NCBI GenBank assembly: GCA_051888775.1
Contig: JBJFCE010000050.1
Coordinates: 24,879 to 88,878, forward strand
From: Lachnospiraceae bacterium
GTDB lineage: Bacteria; Bacillota; Clostridia; Lachnospirales; Lachnospiraceae
Direction of reading: 5' to 3'
DNA length: 64,000 bases
In this document: positions 45,873 to 54,116 of the stretch, piece after piece
Numbering within the stretch: position 1 is the first letter of the stretch
Layout of the letters: each line of letters starts with the position of its first letter
Translations under genes and position numbers: made by a program
The notes under the pieces: generated by a model
The model's database searches: none
Seen by the model: the letters and a program-made list of their open reading frames with translations, nothing else
Told to the model about the DNA's origin: nothing

Positions 45873-45901
45873 ATTATACCACTTTTCCGACCATATAGCT
45901 A
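45873..45901 (-). promoter_or_regulatory. candidate extended -10 promoter upstream of the WecE-like gene
   Basis: The minus strand reads TGgTATAAT (45881-45873), a perfect extended -10. The -35 at 17-nt spacing is poor (TAGCTA, 45901-45896). Lies in the 168-nt gap after the acyltransferase stop. Confidence 0.5.
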
Positions 45902-45943
45902 TACTAATAAATTTCATAAAACAGCTCCGTACAACATGGTAAA

Positions 45944-47068
45944 TTATCTTCTACACCATATACATTGTAGGATCCGTTTTCGGATACTTTCCACTGCTGT
46001 ACATACAAGGAATACGCACACCACCGTCACCAGCATATGCGGTAAAAACATAAAACTTCCTGCCTGCTTCTGTACACCGAACCACTTCGGCCACAGATAA
46101 CGCAGATAAAGCTGCTCATGGATCAGATAGACCGCCATCGTGCAGGATGCCGCATAACAAATACAGCCGGACAGCTTTTGTTTCTTAATATGCAGCCGTG
46201 TAAACATACCGAACAGACCGATCGAAGCAGTCAGACACAGGATGTGATTGTAGGTATAGAAATAGTTGGTCAGTGCAAAATCCGCTAACATCCCTTTTGT
46301 CAGATACAGGTAACGCGCTCCAAATGCCAGACCGACAATCCCAAGCGCTGATAACAGATATAATAATACCGAGCTCCACAACCTCTCAAAGACTTTACAG
46401 CCGTAACGTCCAAAATATCCCCCGAGCAGATACAGGCACACAAACCAAAGAACATCATACCCTTTGTGATCGGTCGGAAGCTGCATCGGCAGTACTGATT
46501 TTGCCACCGAAAAGAAGATCAATAAAGCGATCAGAATCCGCTGGAAATCCTTTTGTGATAATTTTTCCATTCCGGCATTTAAAAACGGCATGAACAGATA
46601 CAGGATCAGATATGCAGTCAGAAACCAGTATTCCTCAGTCACGACCGGAAATACCACATTCATCCAGTCATAGATCGTCAGCTCCGATATCGCCACCGTT
46701 CCCTGCGCAGTCGTCAGATTTCCGGTCATGCCCAGTATCAGTGTGATTCCTACGGAATAAAAAATTGCCGTTCCCCATAACCGTACCACTTTAGACATAC
46801 GAAAGCTTCCCGACCGCCCAAAATATCCGCTGATCAGCACGTATACATTGACTGCCGGAAGGCACAATGCTTCCACAACCCACCCTGCTACTTCGGCCGC
46901 ATTCATCTTTCCGCTGTCCGCAAGCGAAGTCAGAACATTTCCCTTTGACAGATAATGCAGGGAAAGGATCATGCACATAGCAAGAATCCGCAGAAGCTCA
47001 TAGGACGCTTCTCTCGATGGCCCTTGTTCATTATGCAGTTGTCCGTTTTCCGCTTTCTGCTTCATCAT
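45944..47068 (-). CDS. acyltransferase-3 family membrane O-acyltransferase (OafA/WecH-like)
   Basis: 374 aa, multi-span. N-terminal SYELLRILAMCMILSLHYL is typical of the family. ATGA overlap with the upstream gene. Confidence 0.75.
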   Translation of the reverse strand: MMKQKAENGQLHNEQGPSREASYELLRILAMCMILSLHYLSKGNVLTSLADSGKMNAAEVAGWVVEALCLPAVNVYVLISGYFGRSGSFRMSKVVRLWGTAIFYSVGITLILGMTGNLTTAQGTVAISELTIYDWMNVVFPVVTEEYWFLTAYLILYLFMPFLNAGMEKLSQKDFQRILIALLIFFSVAKSVLPMQLPTDHKGYDVLWFVCLYLLGGYFGRYGCKVFERLWSSVLLYLLSALGIVGLAFGARYLYLTKGMLADFALTNYFYTYNHILCLTASIGLFGMFTRLHIKKQKLSGCICYAASCTMAVYLIHEQLYLRYLWPKWFGVQKQAGSFMFLPHMLVTVVCVFLVCTAVESIRKRILQCIWCRR

Positions 47069-48696
47069 ACCCGTTTTATCTCCGTTTGATACCGTACTAA
47101 CAGTTCCAGCTCTTCTGCGATCCTTTCCGCACCATGTCCGTCGGAAAGCCGTTTCATCTGTTCGCTGATGCGCTGCCGTTCCTCAGGCTCGGCAAGCCGC
47201 CTTACTTCCTTGCATGCCGTCTGTGCCGCCTGCGCTGCCTGTGTCCTAAGATCGCCGAGTCTCACGCTTCCGACTTTTTTCGCAAATGCTTCCGCTCCCG
47301 GGTGTTGGTTATCCGCAAATTCATACACAAGCGTCGGCACACCGACCGCACATAGCTCATACAGAGTACTGCCTGCTGCCGCAATCGCAAGATCACTTGC
47401 AGACATGACATCGGACAAATCGGTCAGATTCCGCATGATCCGCAGCCTGCCCTCCGATGCCTGCGCCAGTTTTTCCAAAGCTTCGACATCGTTATGATAA
47501 GCACCGCAGATCACCGTTACTTCCCAATCCGGATCTTCTTTTAACAAAGCGTCGGCAAATAAATATCCTGCATGATAGGGATCTCCCGCTCCCGTCGTAA
47601 TCAGGATCTGCCGTAACTGCTTACTTACCCGATATTCCTTCTTCCGAAATACAGGACGTACCGGCGCATATGCCGCACCGAGCAGATAGGTGATCCCGGG
47701 TTTCTTCCGCTTGGAATAATCCAGTTCCTCCGCATAGAGATTATAATTGATCAGACATGTGACCGGATATTCCTGCGTTCCGAGATCATCCAGCCACACC
47801 AGCCGATATCCCATGTCATGTAAATGCTGCATATATGCTGCAGTCAGAAAATAGCTGTCCGCTACCATAACCGCTCCCGGACAGACCACTTGTGCATAAT
47901 CAGGCAGTTCTGTTTCCGGCTCTCTATAGTCCGTTCCGAACACATGCGCCAGATATCCGCGTTTCAGGATCATATGCTGCGCTTTTTCATCTGCAAGCAA
48001 AAATACCGGATACATTCCTATCTTCCGGCAGGCATCCGCGATAGTCAGACAGCGCATCACATGCCCGTTTCCGACAGACTCATTTGCATCCGCGCGAAAA
48101 TAAATGCAGCGTGACCTGTCAATTGTCTTCGTAAAACAAAATTCCTGTGAATCTTTGGCATCTTCCTGCCCAAACAAATTTCTTTGATCCTTAACATATC
48201 CCAAAGCCTCAAAGCAGCATGCAGATGCGATATTTTCTTTTTTTACCTCGCCTGCAAGGATACCGCAATCGGGAATTTCCAAAGCTGCATGATATTCCGC
48301 AAGCTGTAACAGTTTTTTTCCATAGCCTAAGCCCCGCTTTCCCGGAGCTACGCTATAACTGATCCGATAGCAGGTCTTTGGTTCGACTGTCTTGTTTTTT
48401 TCTGTCATATCCGGTTGACCCGCATCATATCCCGCTGTTGTCTCTTCACAGCGTTCCAGCCGGATGACACCGACAGGCTCCCCGGCCGCTTCTAACAGAT
48501 AGTGATGGCAGCCCGGATCGTGGATTTTTTTTTCAAACCATGCACAATGTTCTTCCCATTTGACCGGTTCCTGCGAAAAAGACTGCCTTCTGGTAACCGG
48601 ATCATTGGTCCAGGCAAACAGCAATTCTTTATCCGATTCCGTTACGCTTCTTAATCTTTCCTGTCCCATCGTAAGCTCCGTTTCTGTCTCCGCCAT
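47065..48696 (-). CDS. pseH-pseG: fused PseH-like GNAT N-acetyltransferase (N-terminal) and PseG-like UDP-sugar hydrolase (C-terminal)
   Basis: N-terminal domain: LRSVTESDKELLFAWTNDPVTRRQSF...VAPGKRGLGYGKKLL. C-terminal domain begins CIYFRADANESVGNGHVMRCLTIADA, the PseG signature. 543 aa. Confidence 0.7.
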   Translation of the reverse strand: MAETETELTMGQERLRSVTESDKELLFAWTNDPVTRRQSFSQEPVKWEEHCAWFEKKIHDPGCHHYLLEAAGEPVGVIRLERCEETTAGYDAGQPDMTEKNKTVEPKTCYRISYSVAPGKRGLGYGKKLLQLAEYHAALEIPDCGILAGEVKKENIASACCFEALGYVKDQRNLFGQEDAKDSQEFCFTKTIDRSRCIYFRADANESVGNGHVMRCLTIADACRKIGMYPVFLLADEKAQHMILKRGYLAHVFGTDYREPETELPDYAQVVCPGAVMVADSYFLTAAYMQHLHDMGYRLVWLDDLGTQEYPVTCLINYNLYAEELDYSKRKKPGITYLLGAAYAPVRPVFRKKEYRVSKQLRQILITTGAGDPYHAGYLFADALLKEDPDWEVTVICGAYHNDVEALEKLAQASEGRLRIMRNLTDLSDVMSASDLAIAAAGSTLYELCAVGVPTLVYEFADNQHPGAEAFAKKVGSVRLGDLRTQAAQAAQTACKEVRRLAEPEERQRISEQMKRLSDGHGAERIAEELELLVRYQTEIKRV

Positions 48697-48746
48697 ACCT
48701 ATCCATGATCACGGATATTCTCTGTTCTCCGTCTTCCTTGTATCTG

Positions 48747-49817
48747 TTATTCCTTACGGATATCTTTCCAATCAAGCGGCGTTCCTCTTTTCAGATCATG
48801 TGCCGCACACTTTCCGAGTACTTCTTCATAATATTTCGGCTTTAATCCCGCAGACGGCCGGATGACTCTGATATTCTCCGCCGTAAAAGGCTCACCTGCT
48901 TTCATATCCTTTACAACAAAGATACTTCTGCGGAATGCCAGATTGGTCATCTCCTGCTCCATCGGTCCGTAAAAGGCCTTTCCCATAGCCGCTTCCACAT
49001 TCCGTACATCCTGTACCATGCTTTTGAATTCTTCCGGCGTCATCGAAAACGAAGCATCCGGATTTTCAATCTCCCTGCCCAGGCAGAAATGCTTTTCCAG
49101 AATACAGCCTCCGAGCGCAACAGCAGTCATCGCGCTCAAAGAACCCATGGAATGATCGGACAGTCCGACCGGAAGCCGGAAGCGTTCCCGTATATCCGCA
49201 ATGGTCCTCAAATTCATCTGAGCCGGTTTTGCAGGATAAGCACTGGAACATTTCATCAATGCCAGTTTCCGGTTTCCCGTCTGATAGATTGCCTGTACCG
49301 CTTCCTCAATTTCCTCAAGCGTCGCCATGCCGGTGGACATGATGATCGGCTTGCCCTTGGATGCAATATATTTTAACAAAGGCAGATCCACCAGTTCAAA
49401 GGATGCTACCTTGTAAAACTCCATGCCCATTTCTTCCAGAAAATCCACTGCCGTATTGTCAAACGGTGTCGAAAGGAAGTCAATGCCTGCCTTATCTGCC
49501 TCTTCTTTCAACAACGGCTGCCATTCCCACGGCGTATATGCTTTTCCGTACAGGCCGTAAAGATTTTCTCCTGCCCATGTGCCGTCATCTATGCGGAAAT
49601 ATTCATTGTCACAATCAATCGTAATGGTATCGGGTGTATAGGTCTGAATCTTTAAGCAATCTGCACCGGCTTCCTTCGCCGCATGGATGATCTCCTTTGC
49701 ACGCGTAAGACTCCCGGCATGATTTGCGGACATCTCGGCAATGATATATGCAGGATGTCCTTCACCGATGATGCGGTTCTTGACTGTGATTGTCGAAGTT
49801 TTTTCGTTCTCTGTCAT
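48747..49817 (-). CDS. pseI: pseudaminic acid (nonulosonate) synthase, NeuB/PseI family
   Basis: IIGEGHPAYIIAEMSANHAGSLTRAKEIIHAAKEAGADCLKIQTY. I prefer ATG 49817 (AGAGGAGAAAAT upstream) over ORF-track start 49907. Confidence 0.8.
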   Translation of the reverse strand: MTENEKTSTITVKNRIIGEGHPAYIIAEMSANHAGSLTRAKEIIHAAKEAGADCLKIQTYTPDTITIDCDNEYFRIDDGTWAGENLYGLYGKAYTPWEWQPLLKEEADKAGIDFLSTPFDNTAVDFLEEMGMEFYKVASFELVDLPLLKYIASKGKPIIMSTGMATLEEIEEAVQAIYQTGNRKLALMKCSSAYPAKPAQMNLRTIADIRERFRLPVGLSDHSMGSLSAMTAVALGGCILEKHFCLGREIENPDASFSMTPEEFKSMVQDVRNVEAAMGKAFYGPMEQEMTNLAFRRSIFVVKDMKAGEPFTAENIRVIRPSAGLKPKYYEEVLGKCAAHDLKRGTPLDWKDIRKE

Positions 49818-49899
49818 ATTTTCTCCTCTATTGCGATGCCGCGTTCCGGTTTGCAGGATTCCCTGCGGATCACGGTTTTTGGCGGAATGTTCCCACGCC

Positions 49900-50595
49900 C
49901 TATTCACTGTCCGGGTGCAGAATCCGGTATTTCATTTCTGCGATCTTCCAATCCTCTAAGGTGTCGATATCCTGTACGTTACTTTCATCCTGAATATAAG
50001 GTGCGGTATGCGGCATGATCAGTGTCTTTTCTTCCATAAAACGATCCGTGCGGATACAGTAAAACTGACCGCAGTCATGATAATACGGTTCCAAATCCTG
50101 AGAGCGCATCGGCATATATTCCGGCCATTTCGGCACCAGTCTGCCTTCCTTTAAGACCACACAGCGCTGCGGCGGAAAGGAAAACCGCACAACCGGAAGG
50201 ACGCTGTCCGCCTGTTCCTTTTCCAAAATCTCCATTGCCTCATGAAGTGCCTCCGGCGTTAAGAAAGGTGCCGTCGGATATATAATGCAGGCTTCTCCAA
50301 AATGCTGACCGCGTGCTTCATAGGCAGCGAGTACTTCCGTTACCACATCCGCAGTTGTTGCATAGTCATTGGCAGTCTTTTCACTGCGTAAAAAAGGGAC
50401 CTCCGCACCTGCTTCTCTTGCAATGCGCACGATTTCCTCATCGTCCGTAGACACCATGACCGTATCGAATATACCGCTTTTTAATGCAGCCTCAATGGAG
50501 TAGCAGAGAATGGGCTTTCCTAAAAACGGCTTGATATTCTTATGCGGAATACGTTTGCTGCCGCCCCGCGCCGTGATAATCGCAATTCTTGTCAT
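49900..50595 (-). CDS. pseF: CMP-nonulosonate (pseudaminic acid) cytidylyltransferase
   Basis: RIAIITARGGSKRIPHKNIKPFLGKPIL. I prefer ATG 50595 (AAGAGGAAAG upstream); the ORF-track start is a TTG at 50613. Confidence 0.8.
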   Translation of the reverse strand: MTRIAIITARGGSKRIPHKNIKPFLGKPILCYSIEAALKSGIFDTVMVSTDDEEIVRIAREAGAEVPFLRSEKTANDYATTADVVTEVLAAYEARGQHFGEACIIYPTAPFLTPEALHEAMEILEKEQADSVLPVVRFSFPPQRCVVLKEGRLVPKWPEYMPMRSQDLEPYYHDCGQFYCIRTDRFMEEKTLIMPHTAPYIQDESNVQDIDTLEDWKIAEMKYRILHPDSE

Positions 50596-50651
50596 ATGCT
50601 TTCCTCTTTTCAACCGGACTGTCCACTACTTATCAGACAATCAGGTATGTC

Positions 50652-51863
50652 CTATTTTCTGTAATAATCCACGATTTTTTTAACCGCATGGATAACATCA
50701 TCCACATCTTGATCCGTCAATCCGTAATAAAGCGGCAGACTCAGGATCTCATCATACAGCTTCTCGGCATTCGGGCAAAGTCCGCGCCGGTAGCCCAAAT
50801 GCTCATAATACGGATGATAATAGACCGGAATATAATGCACATTGCAATTGATATTCTCCGCTCCCATTGCCGCGAAAAAGCCGGCACGGTCAATATTGAG
50901 CTTTTCAGGGCAAATCCGCAGGATATACAGATGTCTGGTCGTATCGGATTCCGGGATCTCCTGCTGTACAAACAACTCCGGAATCTTGGAAAATGCCTCA
51001 TTATAACGCGCTACGATCTCTTTTCGTCTCTTTGAAAACATCGGCAGCTTGTCTAACTGACTGAGGATTAGTGCCGCCTGAATATCGGTCATACGATAGT
51101 TGGTACTCAGAGCGACCTGCTCATAATACCACGGACCATCCGGCGTATGCTCCATAAACTCCGGTACACGGGTAATCCCATGAGCACGATAAAGCACAAG
51201 TTTATCATATAATTCTTTGGAATTGGTAAGAACCGCACCGCCTTCCCCTCCGGTCACCGTCTTGACCGGATGAAAACTGAAGGTCGTCATGTCGGCAATG
51301 CTTCCGACTCCTTTTCCTTTATATAAAGTGCCGATGGAATGAGCCCCGTCTTCAATCAGATACACTTTCTTTCCTGTCTGTACACTCTGTTTTTCACAAA
51401 GCGCAAGCAGCGGATCCAGTTCTACAGCCTGTCCTGTATAATCAACCGCAACCACAGCTTTCGTGGCATCCGTCATATGCTCCTGAACGCTTGCGGGATC
51501 AATATTATATGTTTTGGGATTGATATCGGCAAACACAGGCTTAGCCCCGCAGTATAAAGCACAGTTTGCAGACGCGGCAAACGTGATCGGTGTGGTAATG
51601 ACCTCATCTCCGTCACCTACTCCCGCCGCTTTACAGGCAATATGAAGCGCCGCGGTTCCGTTACTGCATACAACCGCATAACGTGCTCCTGTCAGTTTAC
51701 ACAGTCGCTCCTCCAGCTCCGTGATCTTCGGTCCGCAGGTCAGATAATCGCTGCGAAGTACTGCCGCAACAGCAGCAACATCCGCATCATCCACATATTG
51801 ATGTCCGTAATACAGCTTGGTCTCCCGGACAGGCGTTCCTCCGTTGATCGCTAACTCTTCCAT
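50652..51863 (-). CDS. pseC: UDP-4-amino-4,6-dideoxy-HexNAc transaminase (PseC-like, DegT family)
   Basis: YYGHQYVDDADVAAVAAVLRSDYLTCGPKITELEE and FSFHPVKTVTGGEGGAVL. I prefer ATG 51863 (AGAGGAG upstream). Confidence 0.75.
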   Translation of the reverse strand: MEELAINGGTPVRETKLYYGHQYVDDADVAAVAAVLRSDYLTCGPKITELEERLCKLTGARYAVVCSNGTAALHIACKAAGVGDGDEVITTPITFAASANCALYCGAKPVFADINPKTYNIDPASVQEHMTDATKAVVAVDYTGQAVELDPLLALCEKQSVQTGKKVYLIEDGAHSIGTLYKGKGVGSIADMTTFSFHPVKTVTGGEGGAVLTNSKELYDKLVLYRAHGITRVPEFMEHTPDGPWYYEQVALSTNYRMTDIQAALILSQLDKLPMFSKRRKEIVARYNEAFSKIPELFVQQEIPESDTTRHLYILRICPEKLNIDRAGFFAAMGAENINCNVHYIPVYYHPYYEHLGYRRGLCPNAEKLYDEILSLPLYYGLTDQDVDDVIHAVKKIVDYYRK

Positions 51864-51892
51864 GTCTATCACTCCTCTGATTTTGATATTTG

Positions 51893-51935
51893 ATAAAAGC
51901 CGCAGGGATATCCCGATAAGAACACCGCTGCGGCT
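51893..51935 (-). terminator. weak terminator/attenuator-like hairpin between pseB and pseC
   Basis: The minus strand reads AGCCGCAG-(22 nt)-CTGCGGCT followed by TTTTAT. The 8-bp stem is 51928-51935 / 51898-51905. The loop contains the palindrome gggatatccc. The large loop and short U tract make it weak. Confidence 0.25.
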
Positions 51936-51971
51936 CATGTTATCCCGCTCACGGCGGGTATCCGGCTCATA

Positions 51972-52985
51972 TTATTTTTCTAATTCAACATTCTTTAAAA
52001 GTTCTTTGATCTGCTCCACACTCAGCCACTCGGTATTATTACCGGAGCTGTAGGAAAAGCCTTCCGGAACCTTCTTTCCTGTCGGTTCAAACATCTGACG
52101 TTCATTAAATCTGGTCTGCGGATATACGATAAAATGCTTATCGTATTCATAGGTGGTAAAGGAGTCCTCCACCGTCACCATGATCTCATGCAGTTTTTCT
52201 CCCGGACGGATACCGACCTCCGGCATTTTGCAGCCCGGCAGCATCGCTTCCGCAAGATCCGTGATCTTGAAAGACGGAATCTTACTGATAAAGGTTTCAC
52301 CGCCCTTTGCTTCCTCCAATGCCTTAATCACAAGTTCTACGCCCTGTGTCAGACTGATCCAGAAACGGGTCATGCGATAATCCGTGATCGGCAACTCAGT
52401 TCCGCCGTTTTGAATGATCTTATGAAAAAACGGAATGACAGAACCGCGGCTTCCGGCCACATTTCCGTAACGCACGATGGAAAACGCCATATCTTTGCTT
52501 CCGGCATATGCATTTGCAGCGATAAACAATTTGTCGGATACCAGCTTGGTGCCACCGTACAGATTGACGGGATTTACCGCCTTATCCGTAGAAAGTGCAA
52601 CCACCTTGCTGACATTCGTATTCAGTGCCGCCTCGATAATATTCATGGCACCGTTGATATTTGTCTTGATCGCTTCATTCGGATTGTATTCACAAGCCGG
52701 TACCTGCTTGAGTGCCGCTGCATGAATGACATAATCAACACCCTGAAAAGCTCTTTCCATACGTTCTTTATCACGCACATCTCCGATGAAGAAACGGATC
52801 TTTTCTTTGTATTCGCGGAATTCATTCTCCATCATCCACTGTTTGAATTCATCTCGGGAATAAATGATGATCTTCTTTGGATTGTAATGTGTCAGTACAT
52901 ATTTGGTAAAACATTTTCCGAAAGAACCGGTTCCTCCGGTAATCAGTATTGTCTTTCCGTCAATAATATTGGTATTGCCTGCCAT
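51972..52985 (-). CDS. pseB: UDP-GlcNAc 4,6-dehydratase (inverting), PseB/FlaA1-like
   Basis: ILITGGTGSFGKCF...IIIYSRDEFKQ...IHAAALKQVPACEYNP...YGGTKLVSDK. 337 aa. TAGGAGG upstream of the ATG. Confidence 0.85.
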   Translation of the reverse strand: MAGNTNIIDGKTILITGGTGSFGKCFTKYVLTHYNPKKIIIYSRDEFKQWMMENEFREYKEKIRFFIGDVRDKERMERAFQGVDYVIHAAALKQVPACEYNPNEAIKTNINGAMNIIEAALNTNVSKVVALSTDKAVNPVNLYGGTKLVSDKLFIAANAYAGSKDMAFSIVRYGNVAGSRGSVIPFFHKIIQNGGTELPITDYRMTRFWISLTQGVELVIKALEEAKGGETFISKIPSFKITDLAEAMLPGCKMPEVGIRPGEKLHEIMVTVEDSFTTYEYDKHFIVYPQTRFNERQMFEPTGKKVPEGFSYSSGNNTEWLSVEQIKELLKNVELEK

Positions 52986-53062
52986 CTCCAGCCTCCTATT
53001 CTTAGAAAATAACCTGTCAAAAGTATTTTCTCATCTTCTTTTCTTCATTCAATCAATGATAT

Positions 53063-53091
53063 ATTTTATCACAGCGTCTTATGAAACGCAA
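53063..53091 (-). promoter_or_regulatory. candidate promoter for the pse operon
   Basis: The minus strand reads TTGCGT (53091-53086), 17-nt spacer, TGaTAAAAT (53071-53063), i.e. an extended -10. It overlaps the stop codon of the upstream GT2 gene and lies about 70 nt upstream of the pseB ATG. Confidence 0.45.
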
Positions 53092-54113
53092 GTTTTCCCA
53101 TAGCGTATCCTGCGGTATAGACGAAGTGCCTTATCATAAATCGCATAAAGAAGCGGATGTGCCATGTGAAGATCGATCATTTTTCGCTGCTCATCATCAT
53201 ACATCCCCTGATAATATGGATTTTCCCGAAAATTCGGGAAGTAAGAAAGCATCCCGTTTCGTAATTCCTTCAAAAATGCGCTTTTAGGAAAACATATACC
53301 CGCCATATAGGTAAACAGGGTGTTCACGTAATAAAGCTGCGTAAAGCGCGCTTCCAGCTCCGGACGGTACTTTTCATAAAAACCCTGTTCCCTGCTCTGT
53401 GCGATCAGAAGCTCTGCCGTCTCCATACGATTGCGGCACCGTTCTTCGCTGATTCTGTGAACCGTGGAATTTTCATGCTGGTAATAATAATACAGCGGTT
53501 CGTCCACAAGTTCAAAATGGCGGAAGTGCAGCATCCACATTGGTCCTGCGGCATTATCCTCATAGAAAACCTTTTCCGGGAAACGCAGTTCGTATTGATC
53601 AATAATGCTTTTTTTGTAGATCTTGATCACCATACTGCCCGGCTTTAATATCAGCTTCCGGCAGCGTTCTTCATCCAACACGCCTGTCTGATCTGGTGTA
53701 TTATTGATGATCAGTTTCCCCGGATTCATGGAATGCTCCTCAGTCAACTGATACTGGCAGCCGACCATATCCGCTCCGGTTTCTTCCGCTTTTTGTATCA
53801 GTTTGCGGTACATATCCGGATCGATCCAGTCATCGGAATCGATAAAGCCGACCCACTCTCCCCGCGCATGGGACAGTCCGATATTTCTGGCACCTCCCTG
53901 TCTGCGGTTCTCCGGTGAGCGGATTGCTTTCACCCGGTCCGGATCATGTGCTTCATATTCTTTCAGAACGGAAAAGGATGCATCCGAAGATGCATCATCC
54001 ACTGCAATGATCTCAAAATCTGTCAGATTCTGCGAAAGCAGTGAATCCATGCAAAACTTTAGTTTTCCGTCCCCTGCCATATTGTAGACAGGCACAATGA
54101 TACTTAACTTCAT
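53079..54113 (-). CDS. glycosyltransferase family 2
   Basis: LSIIVPVYNMAGDGKLKFCMDSLLSQNLTDFEIIAVDDASSDAS...GFIDSDDWI. Confidence 0.85.
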   Translation of the reverse strand: MKLSIIVPVYNMAGDGKLKFCMDSLLSQNLTDFEIIAVDDASSDASFSVLKEYEAHDPDRVKAIRSPENRRQGGARNIGLSHARGEWVGFIDSDDWIDPDMYRKLIQKAEETGADMVGCQYQLTEEHSMNPGKLIINNTPDQTGVLDEERCRKLILKPGSMVIKIYKKSIIDQYELRFPEKVFYEDNAAGPMWMLHFRHFELVDEPLYYYYQHENSTVHRISEERCRNRMETAELLIAQSREQGFYEKYRPELEARFTQLYYVNTLFTYMAGICFPKSAFLKELRNGMLSYFPNFRENPYYQGMYDDEQRKMIDLHMAHPLLYAIYDKALRLYRRIRYGKTCVS

Positions 54114-54116
54114 TTT

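Noticed and set aside
52134-53012. 292-aa plus-strand ORF antisense to pseB; likewise 55509-56159(+) 216 aa, 5676-6323(-) 215 aa, 242-688(+), 1840-2442(+), 36904-37494(+) and other ORFs of 60-200 aa inside the large genes
   Set aside because: These are shadow or alternate-frame ORFs inside genes with strong family motifs on the other frame or strand. They have low-complexity, Cys/His/Arg-rich composition and no SD.
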